Positions 10,098 to 18,365 of a stretch of DNA of 63,101 nucleotides are shown one piece after another. How positions within the stretch are numbered: the first letter of the stretch is position 1; each line of letters opens with the position of its first letter. The notes under the pieces are model-generated. The model made no database searches. It had not been told where the DNA came from and saw only the letters and a program-made list of their open reading frames with translations. This DNA comes from a virus (lineage: Duplodnaviria; Caudoviricetes): positions 1 through 63,101 of IMG/VR virus record IMGVR_UViG_3300025083_002903; one strand, written 5' to 3'. The position numbers and the translations under genes are program-made.

Positions 10098-12014
10098 TTA
10101 AACTCCTATCTCTGTTGTGTCGATGTTAGCTATCCACCTGATCGTAGTAGATGCCTCTCCTGTAACATTAATTCTAGCTGCGCCATTAGTTGTGTCTGGT
10201 ACAATATCAATATCCCAAGAAGTAGCATTAGCAGTGCAATATAATTTATTCTTAATAAACAAATCAACAGTTGTAGTAGCTACTCCATTGTCTCTGGATG
10301 CAACCCCTTTAATTTCCCAAACTGCATATTCTTGATTTGTCGTGCTTGCTTCTCTAGCTATTATTTGCCCTTGTAAACCCCAAGTCATGTGATCATCACC
10401 AAGTTTGATTTGGTTGTTACTTCCAACATTACTACTGTTAGTTTTCATTCCAGCTTCAGTAGCATCAGTTGTTTGTAAATATAAAACAAACTTACCCGCT
10501 TGTGCTTTACCTAATCCTGGAGCTGAAACAAGACCATACATCCATCTGTTTTGTACATTATGATCATGAGCATTACCTCCACCAATTGCTGCTGAGTAAG
10601 CTTCTCGAACATCACTACTCCAGGTACCAATAGCAACAGCATTATCATGAGCGCATGAACCTTGACCACCTATTGCAACACTTCTATTGCCTGCAGTATT
10701 ACCCCATCCTATTGATATAGAGTATGAACTAGTAGCCTTAGCCTGATATCCAATCGCAATACTATTACTACCCGTGGCTCCATAACTTGATGTGTTGTTG
10801 TTTATATTTGTTGCGATACTATGACTACCAGAAGCGTAGGATTTGCCAATCGCAGTGGCATCGCCACCTGATGATCTGGAACATCTACCTGCAGCCGTTC
10901 CACCTTCTCCACCTGAAACACAAGCACAATACCCCAATGCAAGGGAATAGCTGTTTCCAATTCTAGCAGAAGTTCCTATCGCCACACCATCACGCTGATT
11001 TGCTTGTGCGCCAGAACCAATAGCCGTCGAATTTGCGCCAGTAGCCTCAGGTGCATTTTGAGCATTACCAGCAAAAACACTTGAGGTAACTATGTCGTTA
11101 TCGTTAACTGTAATTTTTGGAGACACCAAACTCACATATTGATAAACGGAACTATAGTTACTATCACCTACATATAAAATACTTCCATCAGGTTTAAAAG
11201 CTAAAGCTCGAGGAGTAGGGTTATTACTAGTAGTGAGCATACCAATATTATCATTAGAAGCAGTTGAAACGTCCCAAGGTGTAGATAAAGTATGCTGCAT
11301 AACTTCATCTGATGAAGTTCCAACGGTATACATATTTGTACCATTTTCGCTGAACGTGACACCCGAAGTACCATTTTGTCCCGCATGGGCACTTTTGTTA
11401 GCGTAGGAAGCAGTTGATGCGTCCCAAGCACTAGTTAAAGTATATTGATAAACATAATTACTGCTTGTTACATAAGCAGTTAAACCATCAGATTTAAAAT
11501 AAAGTCCGCCCGGGCCTCCAAGGTTCATTTGTGTGGAAACATCAAAAGACTTGCTTGCGTAACTTGCTGTGGATAAATCGTATGGGGTACTCATGTTATA
11601 TTGGAAAACTTCGTTTTCAGACGCACCTATAACATAAATTTTACTACCATCTGAACTAACAAAAATATCTCTATTACTTGTTGTTTGTGTACTAGCATCT
11701 AAGTCATTACCAGTATCAGAACCCGTGTTAATCTCCCAAGGTGTTGAAAGTGTCCCCTGATGTATATAACCTGAAGGACTACTACCACTTACATATAAAG
11801 TAGTACCTGTATCTGGTCTAATATGAAAACCATAAACATAGCCTCCGGTTGCGCCTGCATCTCCGGATTTATTATCGTAATAGGCTCCCGTTAAATTATA
11901 CGGGGTTGGTTTTGTCGAAATACCTGTAGAGCCGTCAAATACAAGATTTGTGTCTTCTGATGAAAGTGTTACACCAGAGCCAGAGCCTGTGTTATCAATA
12001 TTAATAGAACCCAT
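10098..12014 (-). CDS. Tail fibre with beta-propeller and YadA-like repeats
   Basis: N-terminus MGSINIDNTGSGSGVTLSS is paralogous to the 10096 gene; five propeller repeats; ATGANSTAIG repeats; shared C-terminal domain. Confidence 0.8.
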   Translation of the reverse strand: MGSINIDNTGSGSGVTLSSEDTNLVFDGSTGISTKPTPYNLTGAYYDNKSGDAGATGGYVYGFHIRPDTGTTLYVSGSSPSGYIHQGTLSTPWEINTGSDTGNDLDASTQTTSNRDIFVSSDGSKIYVIGASENEVFQYNMSTPYDLSTASYASKSFDVSTQMNLGGPGGLYFKSDGLTAYVTSSNYVYQYTLTSAWDASTASYANKSAHAGQNGTSGVTFSENGTNMYTVGTSSDEVMQHTLSTPWDVSTASNDNIGMLTTSNNPTPRALAFKPDGSILYVGDSNYSSVYQYVSLVSPKITVNDNDIVTSSVFAGNAQNAPEATGANSTAIGSGAQANQRDGVAIGTSARIGNSYSLALGYCACVSGGEGGTAAGRCSRSSGGDATAIGKSYASGSHSIATNINNNTSSYGATGSNSIAIGYQAKATSSYSISIGWGNTAGNRSVAIGGQGSCAHDNAVAIGTWSSDVREAYSAAIGGGNAHDHNVQNRWMYGLVSAPGLGKAQAGKFVLYLQTTDATEAGMKTNSSNVGSNNQIKLGDDHMTWGLQGQIIAREASTTNQEYAVWEIKGVASRDNGVATTTVDLFIKNKLYCTANATSWDIDIVPDTTNGAARINVTGEASTTIRWIANIDTTEIGV

Positions 12015-12026
12015 TAGTTATTACTC

Positions 12027-14561
12027 CTATGCATACGTCACCTCACTGGTCTGAATATTAGCAACCCAACGGATGTTATGAGAGGCTTCTCCTGTACAGG
12101 TAATTGTTAATGCGTTGTTCGTGTTGTCGGCCGAGAGAACTACAGTCCAACCATTACCGTCAGCAAATGTCTGTATGTTACTACTCACTAGAGTAGTTGT
12201 GCCGCCGTCATTCTTCAGCAAGCCTTTAATTTCCCAACCACCTTGATCCTGTGCGCCGTTTTGCATTGCTACTAGTGTACCTGAGAACATGATGCAAGTG
12301 TCAGAGGCTGCTACGATTTGGTTGTTAGTTGATGGTGATAGATTGTTGCTTGTCAAAACAGTTGCGGTTGCATCTGTAGTGTCTGCGACTAAAACAAATG
12401 AGCCGCCTTGAGCATCACCTTTTGTACCAAAGAAAATACCAGAAAATGCCATTTTTCCTTGCTGCTCTGTCTTCCCCCGAAGAATAGCTGCCGAATAACC
12501 ATGCTGTGCATTAGCATCAGTACCTATAGCCAAAGCTGACCCAACGGCTGTCGTTAAATAACCAACGGCTGTTGCACTTGTACCCGTAGCAGTACTGGTT
12601 TTACCGATTGCAACTGATCTTACGCCTGATGCAGTACCGTTTATGGCTATGGCATTTGTTTGTGAAGCCTTTGCTTGCTGGCCTATAGCAATACTATTAG
12701 CACCCTGTGCGCCGTAGGTTGAGGAGTTATTGCCAATTGCGGCTGCGAAACTTGTATTGCCTGATGCAGAACTTTTTCCTAGAGCGACTGCATATGTGCT
12801 GGTCGCCTGTGCTTGAAATCCAAATGCTGCGCTATCGGTTGCGCTTGCATAAGCACTTGATGCGATAGCCACGGATCTATAACCAGCCGCATTTCCCGCC
12901 GCAGCGGCAAAAGCCCCATTACCTCCAGCAGAAGCATAATGTCCAATTGCAATTGAATTGGTATTGGTGGCTGATGAATTTAGGCCGATGCTTACGGCAT
13001 CATTACCACTAGCGACTGGTTTTGTGCCAGTAGTATAATTTTCAGCGTAAAGATCAGAACCAGAACCTAGACTTGCTGCACTAGCATTTGGAAACACTTG
13101 CCATGTACTACCGTCATAGACAAATTCAACTTTTACATGTTGAATATCTAAAACAAAGTCTGCGGCGTCTCCTTCGATAGTAGAACCGTTTCTTCCAACA
13201 GTCAAGTTATTACTTGAGAAGTCATCTCCATCAGCGATTTGTATCGAATCTCCTGAGCTAGGAGATGCTGGTAGATTAATAGTAAATGCACCGCCATTTG
13301 TATCCGCAATAATAGCATCTAAGTGAACAGCAGTGTATGTAGCTGTCTTGGATAACCAACCGAACGTACCCTTCGATCCAGTATAACCAATATTACCTTG
13401 ATCGCCTTTATCACCCGTTCTTGCGAATGTAATAATAAGGTCTTCATTATTAGAGAAACTTGAAGCAGAGCCACTTACGTATGAACAGTTAACTATAAAA
13501 TAGCCAGTGCTTTCTGCTATTGATGTAATCGTAAACAATGAAAAATCGTCTGCATTTAAACGATTACTTATTCGGAAGTGACCTTTAATAGTACTTGTAC
13601 TATCATCAATAGTTCTTAAGAATGATTGAATATCTGTACTATTAATATCAGTATCGTCAATGTACATTGCTGTTACAGAAGAGTTAGTACCAACGTTTAA
13701 TCTTAGTTTACCAGCTCCAGGGTCTGAGTTTGCAGTTGTTGTACCGTCAAAAGTATAATTAAATGTTGCACCACCAAAGTTACCATCAGCGCCATCTGCG
13801 CCTGCAGGCCCAACATCAGAAATGTTTATCTGACCATTCATAGAAGCATGGAATTGGCAATAGTAATATAGTGTATTTGGTGCGTTATATGGAACGTTGT
13901 ATACTATTTGACCACTATCAGTACCGTTATTTGTTACGCCGTCACCTGAGCCTAGTGAGTTAGAAGAGTTATAGCCACCAGAAGCACTTTGAATATGAAA
14001 TGGATGACCCGGAGCGTTTACATCAAATATGTATGTAAAGCCTCTAAGTAATTCTAATGTGGGGTTGTTTGATCCGTCAATGGTATATGCGCCTACACCA
14101 CTATTAGTGACAGAGTATGTTCTAGCTCCGGCTTCACCTTTACTACCAGTATATCCTATCGGCCCTTGGTTCCCTTGGACACCTTGAATACCCTGGATGC
14201 CTTGGATACCTTGAATACCTTGGTCACCCTTTGAGGCCATCAAATCCCAATATGTAGTCCAAGAACCACCTACACCTGGCTCTGTTCCACTACTTGAGTT
14301 ATGACCATTAGTTGAGATATAAGTGTTACCATTATTCTCAACCGCAGATAGTTCTCCAGTTAGACCATAACCTTGACCAGTAGCCCAAGCACCTCTCCAA
14401 GTGATAGGTTCACCTTCGTCACCCCTAGAACCAGTGTAACCAATAGAAAGTGCTAATCCTGATTGTGCAATCCATTTAACACCATCCCAAGTCCAGACCG
14501 TAGTGCCGTCTGTGTGCGTATCGCTTATACTTGGGTTTGATGGAAAGTCTAGAGCAGCCAT
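12027..14561 (-). CDS. Multi-domain tail fibre: collagen-like, cupredoxin-like, YadA-like repeats
   Basis: MAALDFPSNP...WTWDGVKW start; (GIQ)n; GHPF...YYYCQFHASMNG; DTNGGAFTINLPASPSSGD fibre domain; AxGxxAxAIG repeats; shared C-terminal domain. Confidence 0.8.
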   Translation of the reverse strand: MAALDFPSNPSISDTHTDGTTVWTWDGVKWIAQSGLALSIGYTGSRGDEGEPITWRGAWATGQGYGLTGELSAVENNGNTYISTNGHNSSSGTEPGVGGSWTTYWDLMASKGDQGIQGIQGIQGIQGVQGNQGPIGYTGSKGEAGARTYSVTNSGVGAYTIDGSNNPTLELLRGFTYIFDVNAPGHPFHIQSASGGYNSSNSLGSGDGVTNNGTDSGQIVYNVPYNAPNTLYYYCQFHASMNGQINISDVGPAGADGADGNFGGATFNYTFDGTTTANSDPGAGKLRLNVGTNSSVTAMYIDDTDINSTDIQSFLRTIDDSTSTIKGHFRISNRLNADDFSLFTITSIAESTGYFIVNCSYVSGSASSFSNNEDLIITFARTGDKGDQGNIGYTGSKGTFGWLSKTATYTAVHLDAIIADTNGGAFTINLPASPSSGDSIQIADGDDFSSNNLTVGRNGSTIEGDAADFVLDIQHVKVEFVYDGSTWQVFPNASAASLGSGSDLYAENYTTGTKPVASGNDAVSIGLNSSATNTNSIAIGHYASAGGNGAFAAAAGNAAGYRSVAIASSAYASATDSAAFGFQAQATSTYAVALGKSSASGNTSFAAAIGNNSSTYGAQGANSIAIGQQAKASQTNAIAINGTASGVRSVAIGKTSTATGTSATAVGYLTTAVGSALAIGTDANAQHGYSAAILRGKTEQQGKMAFSGIFFGTKGDAQGGSFVLVADTTDATATVLTSNNLSPSTNNQIVAASDTCIMFSGTLVAMQNGAQDQGGWEIKGLLKNDGGTTTLVSSNIQTFADGNGWTVVLSADNTNNALTITCTGEASHNIRWVANIQTSEVTYA
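14155..14229 (-). repeat. Collagen-like Gly-X-Y repeat (9-nt unit)
   Basis: GDQGIQGIQGIQGIQGVQGNQGPIG, encoded by tandem accttgaat-like units. Confidence 0.9.
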
Positions 14562-14591
14562 CGCTTATCCTTTTAAAATATTATTTACTTT

Positions 14592-14599
14592 TATTTATA
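14592..14599 (-). promoter_or_regulatory. T4-type late promoter TATAAATA
   Basis: Perfect consensus 31 nt upstream of the 14561 ATG; AAGGA RBS. Confidence 0.75.
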
Positions 14600-14613
14600 A
14601 AGTCAAATCATAA

Positions 14614-14859
14614 CTAGGTTCTAGACCAGACTAAAGTGCTTCCCACATAGACTTCTTGTACTTGAGTACTAGCATAGTAGATATCACTAATTTCAGTGGC
14701 TGCATAGAATATATTTCTAGTAGCAGTACCTCCACCGCCACCTGGATCACCACCGCCGCCGCCACCGCCTGTAGGGAGAGCAACTCCTGAGAATCCAGTA
14801 GCAGTTATTGTTAAACCGCTGCCAAATCCAGTTGCTGATATGGTTAGATTTGCTGACAT
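14614..14859 (-). CDS. Small Gly-rich virion-associated protein
   Basis: Duplicated LTI(S/T)ATGF; Gly linker; C-terminal IYYASTQVQEVYVGSTLVW, a motif seen in small fibre-associated phage proteins. Confidence 0.55.
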   Translation of the reverse strand: MSANLTISATGFGSGLTITATGFSGVALPTGGGGGGGDPGGGGGTATRNIFYAATEISDIYYASTQVQEVYVGSTLVWSRT

Positions 14860-16997
14860 TACGTGATCAACTCAACAGCTATTTCGTGAACCCAAACTTT
14901 TTTAGTTGGACTATCACTATTTTCAAATGAGATTATAGCATTCATATGTCCAGGTCTAGTTGCATCAGTTTGCGGTAAGTTAGCATTTGGAATAGTAGTT
15001 TCGTAAGTAACTCTAGAGACAGAAGAACTAACATTTACAAGTTGTAATGTTGTTCTTGCGCCGAGATTGTTAACATACTGCAAATCAATTCTAAATGTTT
15101 TATCCCAATTAGCACTAGTTTCAAAATCTGCTTTAAATTTCAAGCTTTCTGTTGTGTACGCTGGTACAGGAACTTCGATGTTCTTTTTGTAATCATCATT
15201 TAAATTACCTGAAGCGTTTGATTGAAAGCACAAGGCATTACTATTAGCTGAGTCATTATAATACAAAACAGGGTAATGAAAGCTGTTGTTTCTATTATAA
15301 GACAAGCAAGCACCTATAGTTCTACCGTCGAAGTCATTCGATGAAAAGTGAATATTAGTATCAGCATTATAACTACCTGTATACGAATACAAATACTTAT
15401 CTGTTTTTACTTGAAACGATGGGTTAAGAGTTCTGTAATCAGTATTATCAGTTTGCAAAACACCTAGTGCCATATTTTCTTGGAATGAATAATGTGGTGT
15501 AGATGATCGTCCGTCGTGAAAAATACCAACAGCATCGTACCAATTAGTTGGGTTAGTTGGAATATTTTGTGTATAAGCATCACTGTTATCCGCTACCTGC
15601 GACTTGAATGTAGGACCTGTACTACTACTATTATATGCATTATCTAAGAAAGTACTCGTAGTGTAGTTGTGAAATGGTGTGTTGAGATTAAACGTATACC
15701 CAGTGTCACGGCTAAAAATCCCACCACCATTATTATAAGTGTAAATAATTGATCCTGGAATATTTTCAAAAGTAACAGTGCTGGCATTACTTGAGGTGTT
15801 ACTAAATGATGCGCCACTGGAACCAGAATATGTCATGTAATTACCAAACTTAAACGTTCTACTACCACTGCTGCCATAAAAATTTAGATAACCAGCTTGA
15901 TACCCAAATATATTATTTAACCGTGTTTCAACATCAACACCATATCGCCCATATAAATACAATGCATAATAAGCATATGTATAGTTTATTTCTAAATTAT
16001 TACATGAGTCTGCATTATAAGTACCAGCGCTACTATAGTAATTACTGTTGTATATGTATGTTGGGTACCCATAATCGCTTTTCAATAACCCACCAATTTT
16101 TTGTGTTACCGAGTTTCCTTTATTGTTGCCATGAGCAGAGTTTACATAATAGTAAAAACGGGCGACGGTGCTATTATCATCAAAACATAAGAAATATGTT
16201 TTTGGTATATCATAAAGAGTATCGGAGCTTGTATTATTACCATTTTGATTAAAATATATATAAGGATTAAAATTTGAAAAATTTGAATAGAACGGCAGTA
16301 ATGTATATCCGTTTCTTTGTGTCTCTGAGGTCCAACCATCAGTAACAGTAATATCTACATTTGATTGAACACAAAAATACGTTTGAATGCCGCTTGTATA
16401 AAACGTAGATGTATCAATATAGTATTGAGGATCAATAAAATATATTGTAGCGTTAGCTGCACCAGAGTTTGGGTATGCATCCTGAAACCAAGATGTGCCG
16501 TGACCAGTAAACCCACTCCCAGAATAAGTTTGAATATATGAGCTATTCTTAGTGTATTGGCCACCAAAAAAATATAATGGTTTATCGCCTGATGAGTCTG
16601 CTATTGCAAGTTGATCTGTATAAGTAGGGTCAAAACAAAACATCCAACCGTTTTTTCCGTTTGCTGTTGTCCACTGGCTACCACTGTTACCATCCAAGTA
16701 ACTGTTCATAGTTGTTCCGGAGCTGTTTGTTGTTCCAACCCTATAGTAGTTATTTGCGTAATAATTGCTACCTGCATCTACTAAAAACGAAGAACGGGGA
16801 AGACCTTTTAATCTAATCTCATCTCCGTCAGATAATGTAGTACTATTTGGAAAATTACCTGTACTTACGCCAGTTGTTAGAACGTCTGTAAATGACCAAG
16901 GAGCTGAATAAGTTCCTGTCTTACTAGACGTATCAGAAGTACCATGAATACCACCAGAATAAGATTCTATATATGGGTCTACCCAATAAATTGCCAT
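14859..16997 (-). CDS. Tyr/Asn/Ser-rich putative beta-helical adhesin or tailspike
   Basis: 712 aa; YWVDP...GTYSAPW...LSDGDEIRLK N-terminus typical of parallel beta-helix proteins; very aromatic-rich. Confidence 0.55.
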   Translation of the reverse strand: MAIYWVDPYIESYSGGIHGTSDTSSKTGTYSAPWSFTDVLTTGVSTGNFPNSTTLSDGDEIRLKGLPRSSFLVDAGSNYYANNYYRVGTTNSSGTTMNSYLDGNSGSQWTTANGKNGWMFCFDPTYTDQLAIADSSGDKPLYFFGGQYTKNSSYIQTYSGSGFTGHGTSWFQDAYPNSGAANATIYFIDPQYYIDTSTFYTSGIQTYFCVQSNVDITVTDGWTSETQRNGYTLLPFYSNFSNFNPYIYFNQNGNNTSSDTLYDIPKTYFLCFDDNSTVARFYYYVNSAHGNNKGNSVTQKIGGLLKSDYGYPTYIYNSNYYSSAGTYNADSCNNLEINYTYAYYALYLYGRYGVDVETRLNNIFGYQAGYLNFYGSSGSRTFKFGNYMTYSGSSGASFSNTSSNASTVTFENIPGSIIYTYNNGGGIFSRDTGYTFNLNTPFHNYTTSTFLDNAYNSSSTGPTFKSQVADNSDAYTQNIPTNPTNWYDAVGIFHDGRSSTPHYSFQENMALGVLQTDNTDYRTLNPSFQVKTDKYLYSYTGSYNADTNIHFSSNDFDGRTIGACLSYNRNNSFHYPVLYYNDSANSNALCFQSNASGNLNDDYKKNIEVPVPAYTTESLKFKADFETSANWDKTFRIDLQYVNNLGARTTLQLVNVSSSVSRVTYETTIPNANLPQTDATRPGHMNAIISFENSDSPTKKVWVHEIAVELIT

Positions 16998-16999
16998 TA

Positions 17000-17230
17000 T
17001 TATTCTCCAGTATTACTATTAGCTAATTCCCACTCGACCATTTTTTCAATCGCCATATCATCTAGTTCACTATATGCTACTGCTAATGTATCGGATACGA
17101 TAATCTGCTTAGTTACTCTATCTTCGCATTCAGTAGTTTCGTCAACAATAGTGCCATCAAACTCTAATGCTAGTTTACCATTCTTTGGGGTGTATCTATA
17201 AGATTCTCTAATTGCGGTTGCGATAATCAT
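17000..17230 (-). CDS. Hypothetical protein
   Basis: 76 aa ORF, AGGA RBS, tight operon spacing. Confidence 0.6.
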   Translation of the reverse strand: MIIATAIRESYRYTPKNGKLALEFDGTIVDETTECEDRVTKQIIVSDTLAVAYSELDDMAIEKMVEWELANSNTGE

Positions 17231-17244
17231 CTTTTTCTATCCTA

Positions 17245-17706
17245 TTAAGTAATGAAGTAAATTGTAGAAGCTACAGGTGATCCAGGGAGTGATGACACAA
17301 CTTCAATGTCGTAGTCTGTAATTCCTGCGGTATCTTGAAACGTAAATGCACCTGCGCCGTTTGTTGTAAGAACTTGACCAGTAGTACCGTCTGCAATGCC
17401 TAAGTCAGATAAATCATCAGGAATTATATTAGTATTATCTGTTAAGTCAGAAAGGTCTGTTGGTATGTTACTTGATGCAGTGTAAGATATCACACCAGTT
17501 ACATTGTTGTATGATAAGTCTCCCGCAACACTAATAGCTAGTCTTGCTTTAGCATCTGTGAAAAATTTCACTGTAGCAGTTTCCTGAAGTCTATCAATGT
17601 CAATTGGTGTGACTTTTACCCATTTATCTCCAACCCACTTATATGTATCGTCACCTGAAACGACTTCTTGGTTAAGAGTGGGGCTGTTTGGTAATGCTAT
17701 AGCCAT
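17245..17706 (-). CDS. Short fibre-like virion protein
   Basis: MAIALPNSPTLNQ...YKWVGDKW; IPTDLSDLTD repeats; DGTTGQVLTTNGAG; C-terminal LPGSPVASTIYFIT. Confidence 0.7.
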   Translation of the reverse strand: MAIALPNSPTLNQEVVSGDDTYKWVGDKWVKVTPIDIDRLQETATVKFFTDAKARLAISVAGDLSYNNVTGVISYTASSNIPTDLSDLTDNTNIIPDDLSDLGIADGTTGQVLTTNGAGAFTFQDTAGITDYDIEVVSSLPGSPVASTIYFIT

Positions 17707-17748
17707 ATCTATTCCTCTTTATTGTCTAATAAACATTCTATCTTCTGT

Positions 17749-17756
17749 TATTTATA
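17749..17756 (-). promoter_or_regulatory. T4-type late promoter TATAAATA
   Basis: Perfect consensus in the gap after the glycosylation cassette. Confidence 0.75.
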
Positions 17757-17774
17757 TAGATTGTTACTTTGATT

Positions 17775-18365
17775 TTAAACTGTAAATGCATACTTGCCAA
17801 TATGTTCGCACTTAATACTTGTATCCGCCCAAACACTAAACTTTAAATTCTTAGCCTTTTTACAAAAGTAAACGTCTTCTGATATAGTATTGCTGTGATC
17901 TATTGCAGACTTATACACAAAATGCGGGTACTCCATTTTATTTAGAACATTACCCTTGATAAGACAACAACCCATACCACATGCATCTACCTCAATTAAA
18001 CCTTGATTTCGTATCATGTTATGCGGTATGTTAGTCACACCACCTCTATCGTTATACATGTAGATTTCAAGCGTATGTGTATTAGGTATACGCTGAATGT
18101 AAAGACCAGAAATAATATCTTTATCATGACGAATCATCTTGACAAGAGTATCGTTTGGTAGTATAATGTCACTATCGACACAGAATAAGTAATCATAATT
18201 CTTTCCCCAAGAGGCAATAAGATTACGTATCTGATCTATTTGATATCCGTAAAAGAACTGAAACTCTGTACGATAACCATCTGGTATAATCAAGTCATAG
18301 ATAGATTTAAACGTCTCTGGTTCAACGTACTTGTTAGTAGGTATTGCAATCAAAATAGTTTTCAT
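17775..18365 (-). CDS. GT-A fold (family 2-like) glycosyltransferase
   Basis: ILIAIPT; YLFCVDSDII (DxD); CGMGCCLI; SEDVYFC...WADTSIKCEHIG. Confidence 0.85.
   Translation of the reverse strand: MKTILIAIPTNKYVEPETFKSIYDLIIPDGYRTEFQFFYGYQIDQIRNLIASWGKNYDYLFCVDSDIILPNDTLVKMIRHDKDIISGLYIQRIPNTHTLEIYMYNDRGGVTNIPHNMIRNQGLIEVDACGMGCCLIKGNVLNKMEYPHFVYKSAIDHSNTISEDVYFCKKAKNLKFSVWADTSIKCEHIGKYAFTV

Noticed and set aside
7970-14561. Bacterial trimeric autotransporter adhesins in a host LPS locus
   Set aside because: No signal peptides or C-terminal beta-barrel anchors; context and promoters are phage
17718-17733. Hairpin tttatt-gtct-aataaa as a terminator
   Set aside because: AT-only 6-bp stem downstream of a late promoter; too weak to support
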